Shown here: piece after piece, positions 41,101 to 55,200 of the stretch
Layout of the letters: each line of letters starts with the position of its first letter
Numbering within the stretch: position 1 is the stretch's first letter
DNA from: Macrostomum lignano
Taxonomy: Eukaryota
Direction of reading: 5' to 3'
DNA: 64,000 nucleotides
NCBI GenBank assembly: GCA_002269645.1
Contig: NIVC01003482.1
Coordinates: forward strand, 31,920-95,919
Notes under the pieces: model-generated
Databases searched by the model: none
Told to the model about the DNA's origin: nothing
What the model saw: only the letters and a program-made list of their open reading frames with translations
Program-made: the position numbers and the translations under genes

Positions 41101-44100
41101 GTCGGGATAAGCCTCGTACTTCAAGCACTCGACCATCTGCATCAGAATCAAGCACAGCATGTCGTCCTCAACAGTCACTTTCTGGTCCACAATTCGAACC
41201 CCAATCGAACGGATTCGACTGTCCAAACAGCTGGAGTTGAGCAGCTGCAGGCCCGCTTCCAGGGCTACCTTGTCCAGTTGCCATTTGTTCAGCAACCTGT
41301 ACGCTTCATCAACAGCTTCAGCGGAGCGCCAGGGAATCGCCTGACAGAATTTCACAATCCTCTCTGGATGACAGGTGGCTACTTGATTGCGACATTTCCA
41401 AATCAATTTCAAATCCTGATCGGCCGTTTCCACCGCGGCAAGGGCGTAAGCCAGAGTGGCATCTTCTACTAAGAAGTCGTTTCTAATTTGCTCCGGAGTT
41501 GCCGGTCTTTCGCCAGTCTCATTGGCTGAGAAGCCATCGAATAGATCGGTAGTTGTTGTAGCAATAGAAAAATTGTCAGCATCTGTAGTGGTTGCAGTGG
41601 TGCAGCTGAAATCGCTGGCAATGCTATCACTAGATTGGTGCATTGGTGGTTGCAGAACGGACGACTGGCTCAGGTAGACAGTGTAGGGCATGAATGTTGA
41701 CCAGTAATGCGTATAGTTGGGCAGCTCAAAGCCCAGAGTGATGTGAAGCGCAACAGGCGGATTATTAGAGTTGGACTGAGCGCAACCGCTAGGATTGAAA
41801 ACTCCGCTAGTCTGAAGCAGCTGCTTAGAAGGCGCCCGTTCCACCGGCCACAGGCCGAAAGAGAATGTGCCCATAGTTAGACGACCGTGACTGTCAAACA
41901 AGGGCATGTTGCCCCATGCTATGGGAGTCTCCGAGTGCTGTGTTCGTTCAACAACGGCCATTGACAGTCGGGCAGCGCGCGGCAGGTCTCGCCAGGCGAT
42001 GTCAAACTGTTGATTTCTGCAATCGGCCGCAGCGGAGCCGGGCTGCAGCGGCAGACAGGCAGTCATGCACATGGAGCAGTCGCTCAGAGTTGGAGCAATG
42101 TACAGGTAATAATCCGGCTGGTTGTCTTCATCAATGCCAGGCGAAGCTGCGGGATCGCCAGTGCCGGCCGAGGCAGCGGCTGCAGCGACTGCGGCTGAGT
42201 CCAACAATAAATTATAATCGAAATTGAATCTGGACAGCGTGACGCTGAACTTCAAGGAGGGGCTGATGCCCACCATGCTGCAGCTTTGGGCGTTGCGACG
42301 CGGAGCAATGTAGCTGCGGAATTGGGGATAGAAAATTAGAAAAAATCAAACCCATGACCTTTCTGAGTCACGTCAGACGGTCGTTCAAATGCTACTTTTT
42401 CAGACATTCCCTCTAGTGACTGTTGGTATATATGTGTATAGGTCTGCCACTACAGTATGCTGTGGCTGGCTCTCTTGGTGATTTGGGATCTTGCCCTCCA
42501 GCTAAATGCTAGGCTACTGACTGGAAAGAGAGCATCGTACTCAAGAGCCATCCCCATCGCCCGACTCGCGGGACAAATTACTCAGGGTTAGGATTCTGTG
42601 TCCTCGACCACAATGGCCTTGTGCAATGTGCAATCAAAACTGACCAACTCTATGAATTCTCAGACTAACCGCTGCAATACTCCGTGTCTCAATTGTTCAA
42701 GTACACGAGTTGAGGCGGCGCCAGAAGCGCTGTGCAATTCGTGAACCTCGCGCGGTTCTAAAATTCGAATTTCCAAATTATTTCGATGATGCGCGATGTG
42801 CCGCTGGACAACTTTGTAGGCCCATAGCGGCCTGTTCTCGTACATAAACACCATTCTGCCGCACAGCTTGATCAGCTGGTGATCCGACTCCCTTAAAAGG
42901 GTGTCCCTCTCCGGATGTCTACGCAACAGAGCCAAGATGTCGTCTGCGATTTTTAGGTTGCAATTATTAATTATAGATTTATTAAGATTGAAGTTGCTAT
43001 ATGCAACAAGTCGCTTTGATGGTGGTGGTATCGACTGCACATGACGATAAAACTAGACTATACATGACGATAAAACTAGACTATACATGACGATAAAACT
43101 AGACTATACATGACGATAAAACTAGACTATACATGACGATAAAACTAGACTATACATGACGATAAAACTAGACTATACATGACGATAAAACTAGACTATA
43201 CATGACGATAAAACTAGACTATACATGACGATAAAACTAGACTATACATGACGATAAAACTAGACTATACATGACGATAAAACTAGACTATACATGACGA
43301 TAAAACTAGACTATACATGACGATAAAACTAGACTATACATGACGATAAAACTAGACTATACATGACGATAGAACTAGACTATACATGACGATAAAACTA
43401 GACTATACATGACGATAAAATTAGACTATACATGACGATAAAACTAGACTATACATGACGATAAAACTAGACTATACATGACGATAAAACTAGACTATAC
43501 ATGACGATAAAACTAGACTATACATGACGATAAAACTAGACTATACATGACGATAAAACTAGACTATACATGACGATAAAACTAGACTATACATGACGAT
43601 AAAACTAGACTATACATGACGATAAAACTAGACTATACATGACGATAAAACTAGACTATACATGACGATAGAACTAGACTATACATGACGATAAAACTAG
43701 ACTATACATGACGATAAAACTAGACTATACATGACGATAAAACTAGACTATACATGACGATAAAACTAGACTATACATGACGATAAAACTAGACTATACA
43801 TGACGATAAAACTAGACTATACATGACGATAAAACTAGACTATACATGACGATAAAACTAGACTATACATGACGATAAAACTAGACTATACATGACGATA
43901 AAACTAGACTATACATGACGATAAAACTAGACTATACATGACGATAAAACTAGACTATACATGACGATAAAACTTCAACAGAGAAACATATATGGTTAAG
44001 CGCAGATCATTACTCACTAGGCCTGTCGCCTAAACTGACAACAATATCCACAAAGTTGGAGCGCGACATTCGCGGCTGTTTCAGTCGGCCACCATCCGGC

Positions 44101-45065
44101 TGCTGCAGACGCCGCACGCTCAGGCACATCATCGACGAGTCGCTCAATGCAGGCGGTAACTTGTTGCTTAAAGCTACGGGAAAATTGGTTCGAAGCCAGG
44201 CAACAAATGAGTCGCGATCTTCAGCCGTCTCAGCTTGCAACTCAGAGTCGACTAAACGCCTGACCTGGCTGGCGCAGTGGAACATCTCGATGAGCTCAGG
44301 GTCAGATGGAGAGGCGAGGCACAGAGGTTGACGCTGACACAGTGCGGCAGTGAGCTGCTCAACAATGAGGCGAGACTCCAGATCGCTCGGATTGGCACTA
44401 CTCAACGACAAGGTGACAATGCTGCCTAGAGGATCGGATTCTTGGCCTGTGGAAGTTCGGGGGCTCAGTTTTGAAATCATTTGTTTTTAGGTTCGTGCAC
44501 TATATAGCGCTACGTCTAGGGTGACGTCCACCCACAACCAGTGCTGCTCGTACAAGCGCGCCAATACTGTACACAGGCACGCACTCATATACAAGGTGAA
44601 CAGTGGCCCAGACTTTCGAATCATCAAGAGTGTACACCCTGACGTAGGGGGGGGGGAACCTCCAACCTCTAGGCCAATTTTCGTGCGCACAAGCCCCAAA
44701 CGAATGGGGCCGCCGTAAAAATAATAAAACCATGTTTAAAGTTGTCTCCCACCTGCTTTATCGGTCTGCTGAAAGCGACTAAAACTGCTCAGACGTTGCG
44801 ATTCCTCAAATTCGGTGACCCGACGGAAGTAGCTGTGGTCGAGAAACTCGAAGTAATATTCCTGCCTGGATTTCATCAAGTGAATTAGACCCAGATCGCT
44901 TAGCTTTTTCCATACTAGATGCTTGAGCTGGGCAAAGGTGACGTCTAACGATATCATCAAGTCCAGTAGGTAGGGAAAGTCGTCTTGCTGAATGAGCACA
45001 GACAGCGGCTGCGGCTCAGAGTACACCTCCGAGTAAGCATAGTCTGAGTTTTCTTCATTCGCCAT
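32170..45065 (-). CDS. PI3K: Class I phosphatidylinositol 3-kinase catalytic subunit (p110-like); complement(join(32170..32301,37512..38021,38630..38992,40326..40533,41087..42313,42670..42943,44018..44446,44753..45065)), ~1151 aa
   Basis: All seven introns are GT-AG and phase-consistent (total 3456 nt). Domain order is ABD, RBD (LIKLCGR..YKVV), C2, helical, kinase, with SKMRP, KCGDDLRQD, DRHCGN, HIDFGH, RERVPF and a C-terminal WSVTVNWLF. The last exon (32170..32301) is not in the ORF track. Confidence 0.93.
32375..37468. repeat. 24-bp minisatellite (agggaccattcttagatagagttc), ~5.1 kb, filling the last PI3K intron
   Basis: About 210 copies, with an internal ~1874-bp higher-order duplication. 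Confidence 0.98.
38225..38545. repeat. Degenerate telomere-like (CCCTAAA/CCTAA) repeat in a PI3K intron
   Basis: aaaccctaaaccc, ctaaacctaaaccc and variants. Confidence 0.7.
39033..40255. repeat. Composite minisatellite: 22/23-bp (ctctggtggcattcctgacacc) grading into 25-bp (ctctctgatggaattcctgacaccc)
   Basis: Direct inspection; intronic in PI3K. Confidence 0.95.
43038..43974. repeat. Near-perfect 23-bp minisatellite (catgacgataaaactagactata), ~41 copies
   Basis: Direct inspection; intronic in PI3K. Confidence 0.98.
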
Positions 45066-46101
45066 GAATGCGAACAGCAAGCACAGAAACAAATAAGCAA
45101 GGTTTTGATTCTACTGCTCAAGCTTATATTTTGTAAATCTTAAGTCCCAACCAATTAAGGTCTAACATTTAATACTCGTTGATCGTTTGAAACTCTAAAT
45201 AGTCGAATTTTGATATTGGTTAGGTAAAGCTTTGATACTCGAGTTTGATACTCGAGTAACAAACTTGTTATAAAAATAAATATACCATTTCAACTTCGAA
45301 GAGGGTTGAATTGATCTAGGTGCAAGAAGATCAAAGATTTCTGAGATTCTCGGTACATTGATGAGCCATGTGGAAGAAAAGCCGACTGTGACCGTTAAAC
45401 AATCAGTCCTCTGATTGACGGGACTTGATCAATTACATTGGAGGATGTTACGACGACTTAATGGAGATTGGAAAGAATAGTGGCATGTCAAGAGAACAGA
45501 TTCCTACACACGATCTGAATGGCGGCGCGGAGACATTCATTCCCCCCGGAGTGCGATGTATTTTTGTATACGCTGAAGTCACTAAGTTAATTTGTCATGG
45601 TTAGATAGAGTAAAATCAAATTCGTAATCGGTGCAATATTGTTGCATGTAAATCATGTTAAAAAAAACGGCAAATCAAGTTAGTTAAGGTGTGTTTGATC
45701 GGCATTTTTCATCGCACAAGAAAGTAGGTAAAATTATCCCCATGTTGTTATTTTTTTATCGTCTAATCATTAAAATAAACCATTATAAAACAAAACAGAT
45801 AAAAAGTAAAGTGTAAAACAGACGTGGTGTATTTATTGAGATAACGAGGGTGACAGTTTCAAACGTTATGAGCAAGGTAAATTTAACATCTAAAAACTAA
45901 AAAGTTGCAGGAACAATGCATGTCTAACTAAAAAAGCACTATTCACAGCCTTAATTTAGAAAATTCCATTTTGCAGAATTAAATTTTGCCTGATTTCAAC
46001 AAGTTTACATTAAGTAAAAAATATTCAAAAAGACCTTTTATCGTAGTACACACAACAGTTGTTCGTAGAAGTTTTGATTGCAGCTTTTTTGAACAAAAAA
46101 A

Positions 46102-46387
46102 GTAATTGATTACACCTGTGCTGATGGGCAGATGTGCAAACGACAGCTCAGTCGCAGCTATTGCGCGGCGTATCTGAAAGCTGCGTGCGACTGTTCAGTC
46201 CAAGGACTGGGGGTCGTCACACACCCTTAATTACCGCATCTAATGCCGGTATCTATTTTATAGCTGTGTGAACTAAAGCAATTTAGAGTTCAGTGTCTTG
46301 ATCAAGAACACAAATTATTCTATCTGAGTCGAGAATCGAATCCCAAACCTTTCAGCCATGAGTCTGGCGCTCTAACCAGTGGGCTAC
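46102..46387 (-). mobile_element. Full-length tRNA-derived SINE (diverged copy)
   Basis: Reverse complement starts gtagcccactggttagagcgcc (A box), then ggattcgattctcg (B box), then the same body as the 3015 and 50606 copies. Confidence 0.85.
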
Positions 46388-46497
46388 AGTCCCCTCGTCT
46401 CAAGCTACAACCGCTAACTTTGAACAAAGTCAACAGAAAAACGCATAGGTGATCGATTTTTTCCAAAAGCTTGTAAAAGCTGTTATTAATCTATCTG

Positions 46498-48453
46498 TCA
46501 ATCGTTATAACGCGCAAACAAGGTCAACTGAAGAATAGGTCCAACGCTTAGCGTGGTTAAATCAGACAGGACAGCTTCAGCAGCTGAGAACGATTTCGTC
46601 TGAAGCAAATTATGCTTCCGAAAAGAGAACACGCCAACAGCGAACAATGGCAGAATTGTGAGACTGTCGTAGGCGACAATTCTATCCCAGAGTAGCAGCA
46701 CCTGTTCCGGCAGCAGTAAACCGGAGAAGGCCAGCATCATCCAGCGGAAAGCGATGCGCAACGGTTGAATACCTTCGGAGCGTAGATGATGAAACAGTTC
46801 AGGCTCTTGAGTTTGCAGCAACGATTCAAATAGGGCGCACAGGCCCAGTATGCTATCTGGTTCGGAGCTGATCACGTGCAACTTGTAGAAGTGGCGAGTG
46901 TACAGCTCGCGAAATACCAAGTAAAGCTCTTTGGGATCCGGATACAGAAAGCACAGCGGACACAGTAGCAGAGCGAATCCGTGGAACGGAATCACACCGG
47001 AGGGCGGATAGGCCACAGCGGCGGATTCGTCTCCAACCCGACCGTTCAAATACGCCTTCGGAGCCGTGGCGCAACAGCGTCGATAAACTCCTACAATAGC
47101 TGGATCCCGGCTAAACATCAGCAATATCATGTGCAGATAGTCTTCAAACACGAAGTACATATCATTGTTGGCGGCAGTCAGTTTGACATCTTTGAAAATA
47201 AGCGCGTCAACTAGCAAATCGTGGTCTAGCACGGCCTGTTTCAGGCCTTGGAGGTATTGTTCGGCGTGTCCGGTGACTGAGACGTCAAAAATTACCGACC
47301 AGAGGCGACCACGATAGGACAGAGGTACACCGCGTTTAGCCAACTCCTGGGCTAGGGGTGCACTGCCAGATTCGAGTACCTGCAAAATTGACAGGCAATT
47401 GATGTTGAGCAAAAAAGCCAGCTGTTGGTGTTGAGCGGGGGAAATTGACCTGCTGGTCCATGGCATTAACGTTGAAAAGACAGCTATGCGTCATAATACT
47501 AAAGTAGGCACTTTAATATATTAACAATTGCAGTGAGAAGATTGCTAACTTATTAGCCCAACCTTGAAACTGCAGTCTTAGACGTTCCGTTTTTTGGTAC
47601 AATTAGCGCTACTCTCTTTTCGATAGTGCTGAATTTTCATGCTTTAAAATACAGCAATAATGCCAGTGTAGAAAAAGACATGTTTAGTAGCCAGGAAAGA
47701 CTAGATAAACTACTGTTACTTGAATAGTAACTAACGAACCTTCACAGTGAGCTTTTCCCGTTCAACATCGCCGTCAGGCAGACACTCGTCATCTACGCCA
47801 GTCTGCGACAAGCTAATAGCCAAATCGTGATAGTCCAAACGTAGCTGGTCAATTGTTTTACAGCGCAACGGAGCGTGTATCAGGCCCCAGCGAGTGTCAG
47901 TCATCTCTGGCAGAGCGTTGGGACACCTGACTGCGACCAGCACTTCAAGGAAGTCCTTAGAAGCGTACACGGGTCTAATTGAAGAGACATCTTTCTCTAT
48001 CACACTCAGCTCATTCCATTTCGACACCAGCGCGTTGAAATCTTTCTCTGTTCGACGGCGAGCCAACGGCAAGCCAAGATCTGAGCACATAGTGTTGAGA
48101 CTTTTGCAGATCCGTTTCTCCCAATTAGCTTGAGCTCTGCCAATATGAGCAGCCTCACCAACTGGTGTTAACGACTGCTGCTGCTGCTGAGACAGCGGCT
48201 GCTGCTGATACTGACGCTTGGGCAGTTTAGCCGATGCAGCGAACAACCAGTTGATAACGCTGCGACGACTTTCAGGCGTGTTTAACCGATCTAACAAAGC
48301 GTCTTTAGCGGCGGAGAAGCCGCCACTACTAGAGGCCAAATAGCTGCTGGATGCGCCCGAAGTCAAGTCTTTCTCCACAGCTTCCAATAGGCTAAGATGC
48401 AGATCAGAGTCGAAGAAATTGCGGCAGAGTTCTTCTAAATCGGTTTCTTCCAT
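46498..48453 (-). CDS. TBC1D19: TBC1 domain family member 19; complement(join(46498..47379,47740..48453)), ~531 aa
   Basis: WEKRICKSLNTMC, RPVYASKDFLEVL, HDLLVDALIFKDVKLTAANND.YFVFEDYL, YPPSGVIPFHGF and QPLRIAFRWM match TBC1D19 as I recall it; phase-0 GT-AG intron. Confidence 0.93.
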
Positions 48454-48984
48454 AGTGAGATGGAGCAATTATTGACCTCTTTGGTACACATAAATTTTTT
48501 AGGAGAATTAACATGATTATAAATTGTAATGGAATCGTTTTATTCTTTAGTCTACGTATTATAATATACTACAAAAAACAAATCAAGAGAAACTAAGATA
48601 TCCAATCCAAAATAAACTCATCACTGGTTTATTGATTTCACAGCGGCATGACAGATACGCCAAAAAACAACCAACTTATCGAACATAAACCAGGAAATGC
48701 TTTTCAAGCGTGAACTCCAGCAGATTAACTAGAAATTGAAAGTTAATTTAATTTCTCAAATGAAATGCTGCTGACAAACATTTAGTAGTGAATTTTGGGG
48801 TAATCACAACCATCGCTATTAACGCTATTGAGTTGCGCATCATTTCGTCAGATTTCAGATTTTTTTAGAAAAAGCAAGCTGTTCGCCTTGAGTTCTTTTG
48901 ACAATAAGATAAACTATAAAAAGCAAGCCTCAATAGACATTCATCAAGCTCGTAAAAAAACGGAACTAGAAGAAGACGTCTGAT

Positions 48985-49158
48985 AATCTGGGAAGGCGGA
49001 GGTGGCCCAGCAACTGAGGATCTGGGAGGCTGGCCCAGCAACTGAGGATCTGGGAGGCTGGCCCAGCAACTGGGGATCTGGGAGGCTGGCCCAGCAACTG
49101 GGGATCTGGGAGGCTGGCCCAGCAACTGCGAGGATCTGTGAAGCTGGCCCAGCAACTG
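48985..49158. repeat. 28-bp minisatellite between RRP12 and TBC1D19
   Basis: Unit tctgggaggctggcccagcaactgagga, ~6 copies. Confidence 0.85.
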
Positions 49159-49254
49159 ACACTCTAAATACATTAATTGACTTTCAATGCTTCTGAGACA
49201 ATAGGCGATCAACGGTTCCCTTTCAGTCTCAACAGTTTATAAAGCATCCACGAT

Positions 49255-52200
49255 TCATTTTCTCCTCCTAGCCTTGGCCTTGCGAATTCCTCCGCTGCCA
49301 CCAGACTTGGAGCTTGATGCGGGCGCTCGGACCAGATTCTTGTACTTGCCAAGACGGGCCAACTTGCCAGCAACATTTTTACGGTTCAACAGCCGCCTAT
49401 CCAACGACAGGTAAGAATAGGGGTCAAGACCGTCCGACTGCGTCTTCTTCTTTTTAATTTTAGTAGCGCCAGAAGAAGATTTTGCTTGCTTCCGCAATTG
49501 CTGCGACTTGTTCGGCTTGCCTCCAGCTGGCTGTTTAGTCATGTCCCGATGAATGCCCCGCCCGCCCGGCCGGTACTTTGGCTTGGACGCTGAATCGTCT
49601 TCATCATCGGATGAGGAGGACACGCCACCGGAGATGATGTCTTCGTCATCATTGACAGCGGCAGTGCCGACCTGCTGTTTCATCTTTCGACTCTGTTTAG
49701 CCTTCTCACTGATATCCGCATCATCCGAGTCGCTCTCCTCTATGATCAAACGTCCATCAGACGACAATTTGAAATCGTCGCCCAGACGTCGCCGCTTGCT
49801 AGCAGCGTCAGCGGCGTCGGCGGATAGCGGCGGTCGGCTCCGATGGATCCTGGCGGCGGCTAGGGAGTCGCGCAAGTCCAGAATCTCGTCGTCGGCCTCC
49901 TCCAACCAGGCGGAATCTGCCGAGCGCTTGCTTCGAGACTTGTTGCCGCTTTTGGCGCTCTTGCTTCTTCTGCCGTCGCCGTCCTCCGAAGCGGAACTGT
50001 CAGACGACATGTTCAACAAGTCGTCGATGCCGCGTACAACTCGAGTAGCTTCGGAGCGTCCACCGATGCTGCTGGAGTCTTCGCGGCCAGCGGCTGTTTG
50101 TGAGTCTTCGCCGCGTTTGCCGCGCTGCTTCAGGCGCTCCTTGTGCTCGGTTCGTTTGCGCACATTGGTCAGCTGTTTGTGATAGAAGGCCGGCAGGCCG
50201 GCGCGAAGCGTTTCGTAGGGAAACCCGGCGAGCAGGTCGGTGAGGATGCGGCGGACGGTGGCTCTGGAATTAGGTCAGGGAGCAAGCAGCTCAACAGTGA
50301 GCGTGTGTACGAATGCTTGCCTGCGTACAGTGTTGGGCTGCTTGTATGTGCTCAGGGGTCAAGCGGAATGAGCAGAATTTTTGGGGTCTGTGTGCACCCT
50401 GGGGCACTCCACTGACTCCCCGGAGCAGGCACACAAGCGCGCGGATACGTACGCAGGCACACACTCACACAGGAGTGTGCAGCGGCCCTAACTCTATTTA
50501 TCGTTAGGCATGTACACTTCACTGTGCCTTGGGGGGTTGGCCATCAAGGCCGTTCATTGCACGAGCAGAGCCAAGCCGAGATTCTAATTTAGCCCCCAAA
50601 TTAATGTGACTAATTGTAGTCAGAGCGTCGGGCTCATAACTGAAAAGTCGGGAGTTCGATTCTCGATCCCACTGGAACAATTTTTGTCCTAGAGCAAGAC
50701 ACTTAACGATCTGCATTGCTTCAGTTCGCCCAGCTGTAAAATGGGTGCCAGCATTAGCTCGGGTAATTGAGGCTGTGTGTGTGGCGACCCCCCCCCCCCA
50801 GTCCTTGGACTGAACAGCCGTACGCAGCCTTCAGATGCGCCGCGCAATAGCTGCGGCTGAGCTGTTGGTTGCACATCTGGCCCAATTGGGGCAGGTGTAA
50901 TCAATTGTTATATTATTACTATCATTGTTACTACACTTAAAATCGTTTCTGGGCCGCTGGGACATCAGAGCACCGCACTAGGCCACTAGACTACGCCCCT
51001 ATTGCGATTCAGTGTAGATCTGATATAAAAAATAAGAGCACAAGGACAAACCTGAAAGCCGGTCGGAGGCTCACTGGCAAAGCCTCCAAGCACTGCGCCA
51101 CCTGCTCCAGGGTGTAAGCGTGACCAAATTTACGAACCACCGAGGCTAAACAACGCAGCGCCGCTTTCACCAGCGTTCTCGGACTATCCGAAGCGGACAT
51201 GGTGTCCGACAGGCGTTGCAACAAAGACGCTAACAAAGACCGATTCATACAGTGACGCAGATGACTCAGCAGGCCTGTCACCGAGTACAGAGCAGCCTGC
51301 AGTGTGGCAGGCTCGTTGCCAGCCGCGGCAAACACCGCAGCCAGAAATCCGATAGCAGCATTGCCACCAGCATCATCGTCTTCATCAACATCTGTTCGCA
51401 CCTGTTGAGCATAGAATCGGAACACCTCCAACAGGAGACTGTCAGCGGCTTCTCTAGCCTGACTGTTCTGCTCTGTGCTGCCCAGTACAGCCTCTGGCAG
51501 GGCCAGCTCTGCTAACTGGCGCCTCTGCTCGTCAGTCTCCAACCAGCTGGTTCCATTGGACACGCACAGAGCCAGGCAGCGTAGCCGGGACTTGCGACTA
51601 CTTGGCGAGGCTTGGCCTCCAGACGAGGCCAGATCTAATAGCAGCTTGGCTAGGCGACGGATATTGGCTATATTGGACTCGGATGAGATGCCTGAGTTGC
51701 TGGGCAGCGACTGGAATGTGTTGGTTGAGACAATACATAATGTAAATTTATGGTATTGACATACTGCCCATTAACTTATTGTAATTTTACCAAATATCTG
51801 ACCCAATATCTGACCGAATATCTGACTCAATAGCTGACCCAATATCTGACTCATATCTGACCCAATATCTGACTCAATATCTGACTCAATATCTGACCCA
51901 ATATCTGACTCAATATCTGACCCAATATCTGACTCAATAGCTGACCCAATATCTGACTCAATAGCTGATCCAATATCTGACTCAATAGCTGACCCAATAT
52001 CTGACCCAATATCTGACCGAATAGCTGACTCAATATCTGACTCAATATCTGACCCAATATCTGACTCAATATCTGACTCAATATCTGACCCAATATCTGA
52101 CTCAATATCTGACTCAATAGCTGACCCAATAGCTGACTCAATAGCTGATCCAATATCTGACTCAATAGCTGATCCAATATCTGACTCAATAGCTGACTCA

Positions 52201-55200
52201 ATATCTGACTCAATATCTGACCCAATATCTGACCCAATATCTGACTCAATATCTGACCCAATATCTGACTCAATATCTGACCCAATATCTGACCCAATAT
52301 CTGACTCAATATCTGACTCAATATCTGACCCAATATCTGACTCAATAGCTGACCCAATATCTGACCCAATATCTGACTCAATATCTGACTCAATATCTGA
52401 CCCAATATCTGACTCAATATCTGACCCAATATCTGACTCAATAGCTGACTCAATAGCTGACTCAATAGCTGATCCAATATCTGACTCAATAGCTGATCCA
52501 ATATCTGACTCAATAGCTGACCCAATATCTGACCCAATATCTGACTCAATATCTGACCCAATATCTGACTCAATAGCTGACCCAATATCTGACTCAATAG
52601 CTGATCCAATATCTGACTCAATAGCTGACCCAATATCTGACCCAATATCTGACTCAATAGCTGACTCAATATCTGACTCAATATCTGACCCAATATCTGA
52701 CTCAATATCTGACTCAATATCTGACCCAATATCTGACTCAATATCTGACCCAATATCTGACTCAATAGCTGACCCAATAGCTGACTCAATAGCTGATCCA
52801 ATATCTGACTCAATAGCTGACCCAATATCTGACTCAATATCTGACTCAATAGCTGACCCAATATCTGACTCAATAGCTGACCCAATATCTGACTCAATAG
52901 CTGACCCAATATCTGGTCAATATCAACAATTGACCCAGCAATCACCTCATCCCTGCTTTTCCTAGCCGCAGTTAACAAGGCTTCAGCCAGTCTGTAGCCT
53001 TTCTTCTCCAAAGCAGCAGATACTTGCTCAACATCGCTGTCAGACTGATGGACACTGCACCATTGGTTACACAGGTCCACAGCAGGTCCGATGTCAGTCA
53101 GGCTAGGCGCCAAAGCAATAACCAAATCTGCAGCATCTCTACAAGCGGCTTCATCGCTACTAGTATCCTTCATCTTGTAGCCAGCCTCTTTAACTTTAGC
53201 AGCGGCTTTAGCAAACCAGCTGGATAAAAGATTAGATGGTGAGATTTTAGCATAGACTCGAATAGTCTCCAGAGCTGCTAAACGATGCGATCTTGTAGCT
53301 GAACTGTCCGAGTGCAAGGCAAACAGTCTCGGCACGTAGTTCTTAGCGTAGCCAGACATCAGACTGTACAGAGCAGAATTGTCAGCGGCGGCAGCTGACA
53401 GGCGTCTCAAAGCAGCCAACAGATGCAAGCGAATATCCGATCTGGACATGAGCAGCTCGCCAAGCTGCCTGGCCAACCCGGGCAGAGCTTCGGCAGCATC
53501 GGTTGGACCGTAGCAGAACGCCGGCAGAGACTGCCAGACCTGCAGTTCCAGTAGCCGTGCAGTCGGAGATCCCGAAGCAGCAGCCTGTTGGCAGCGCTTA
53601 GCCAGCGGCAGGAGATGACGCGAGAAGGCCGCCAGCTGGGCGCCTTGCCGAATATGTCGGGGCAGCATCGGCAGCAGCCAAGATCGACGCCAGGTGTCGG
53701 ACGGAGCGGCCGGATCCAAGCTGTCCAACGACACGGCGGCAAGGAAATCAGTCGGACCCAGAGTCTCCAGCGCAGCCGCCAGTGCCGACTCCAAGCAGGT
53801 GCACAGATCGGCGTCTTTATCGTCAGCCGTGTCGCGCAGGTTAGCTAAACTGGTCAGACTGGCAGTCAGATCCGATTGGCCTCGACAATCGTCACCATGA
53901 CAACGAATAAATGCGGACAATAGCCGACCAATATGCGGCCAAGACGGATAATACTGATAGGATGATAGTCCGCTGGTTAGAGTGGCCAAGACGGCAGAAC
54001 GAATGCTAGCAAGAGCGGCAGGACGTCGGATTCGAGGGGCCAGCTCGATCAGCACGTGATGACAGGCATCACGACAAGCCCGTCGGGCAGCCTCGGCGAG
54101 ACCCGACTGGCCAAGGCCGCGAAACGACACGGTGAACAGTTTGATGAGATGGGATTCGAATATCTGGCACTGTTCAGAGTCTGGTTGCTGCTTTTCTTCA
54201 GCATCTTCATCAGCTTCAACAGGTGCCAAAGCGCCTAAGCCGGCCTTGGCGGTGTCCAACCAGATTCGAGTGCTCTCGGCATCCTCCCAAGGCGGTCGGG
54301 CGTCGTACAAAGCGCTGACAATCTGGCCGATCAGCTGGACAGGCAGCCGACTGTCCAGTCGACGACGCCAGAACAGCGACCGGATGGCGAGCATGGCTTC
54401 GGCGAAGGTTCTGGCATCGGCGGTGGGAGCTAAGGCGAGAACTGCTTCGACTGTTGACTTGGCCTGGCGCTCTGTCTGGTGACTGGCGGCCACTCGAAGG
54501 AGGCGAAGCGAGAAAGCCGCGGAGCTGGCGGAGTTGAGCCGATCCAAAGCGAATGCGGTTACCAAGGCAACGGGGACGGAGGCTTCGGTAGAGGCGAGAG
54601 TTTCGGTCACGGCTTGCATGGCTGCTTTGCGAATGCGCGGTCGATCGGACTGGGTGAACTGCAGGACCTGCGTGGGAGTTGTTGTAGTACTAGTAGAAGT
54701 AGTAGTGTAAGTAGTAGTAGTATTAGTAGTAGTAGTAGTAGTAGTGGTAGTAGTAGTAGTAACATAGTAGTAGTATAATAGTAGTAGTAAAACCCCAGAT
54801 AGTTTGTACAGAAAATAGCACTACTAATAGTAGTTTAAAATAGCTACTCACCGCCTGCAGCACCTGTCGGGTGGCCGCCGCGTGCCAGGCAGTCTTGGGC
54901 AGGGCGGCCAGAGCGCTGCCAAGGCACAGCAGCAAACTGCGAGGCAGTCCCGCGCCCGATGAAGCAGCAGACTGATCAGCGGTGTCGGATGCTGCGGTCT
55001 CAGGCGAGTGCAGCAGCTGCAAGCAGGCCTGCGTGAGCGGAGCGAATGCCGGCGCCAGAGTGGCCGGATCCATCCGCTTTGTGAGCACGCTGAGTAAGTG
55101 AGCTGCGGCCGGACGAATGTCCGAATCAACGGACACTAGAGCAGTCAGTAGTGCCTGGGTGTAAGGCAGATATAACATTTTATAGTTGGCTTGTTTATGC

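Noticed and set aside
43038-43974. CRISPR-like regular short repeats
   Set aside because: Head-to-tail repeats with no unique spacers and no cas genes, in a eukaryotic intron
49553-54778. Plus-strand ORFs overlapping RRP12 (and similar antisense ORFs over the GPCR, PI3K, TBC1D19 and PKN exons)
   Set aside because: Shadow ORFs of GC-rich coding exons
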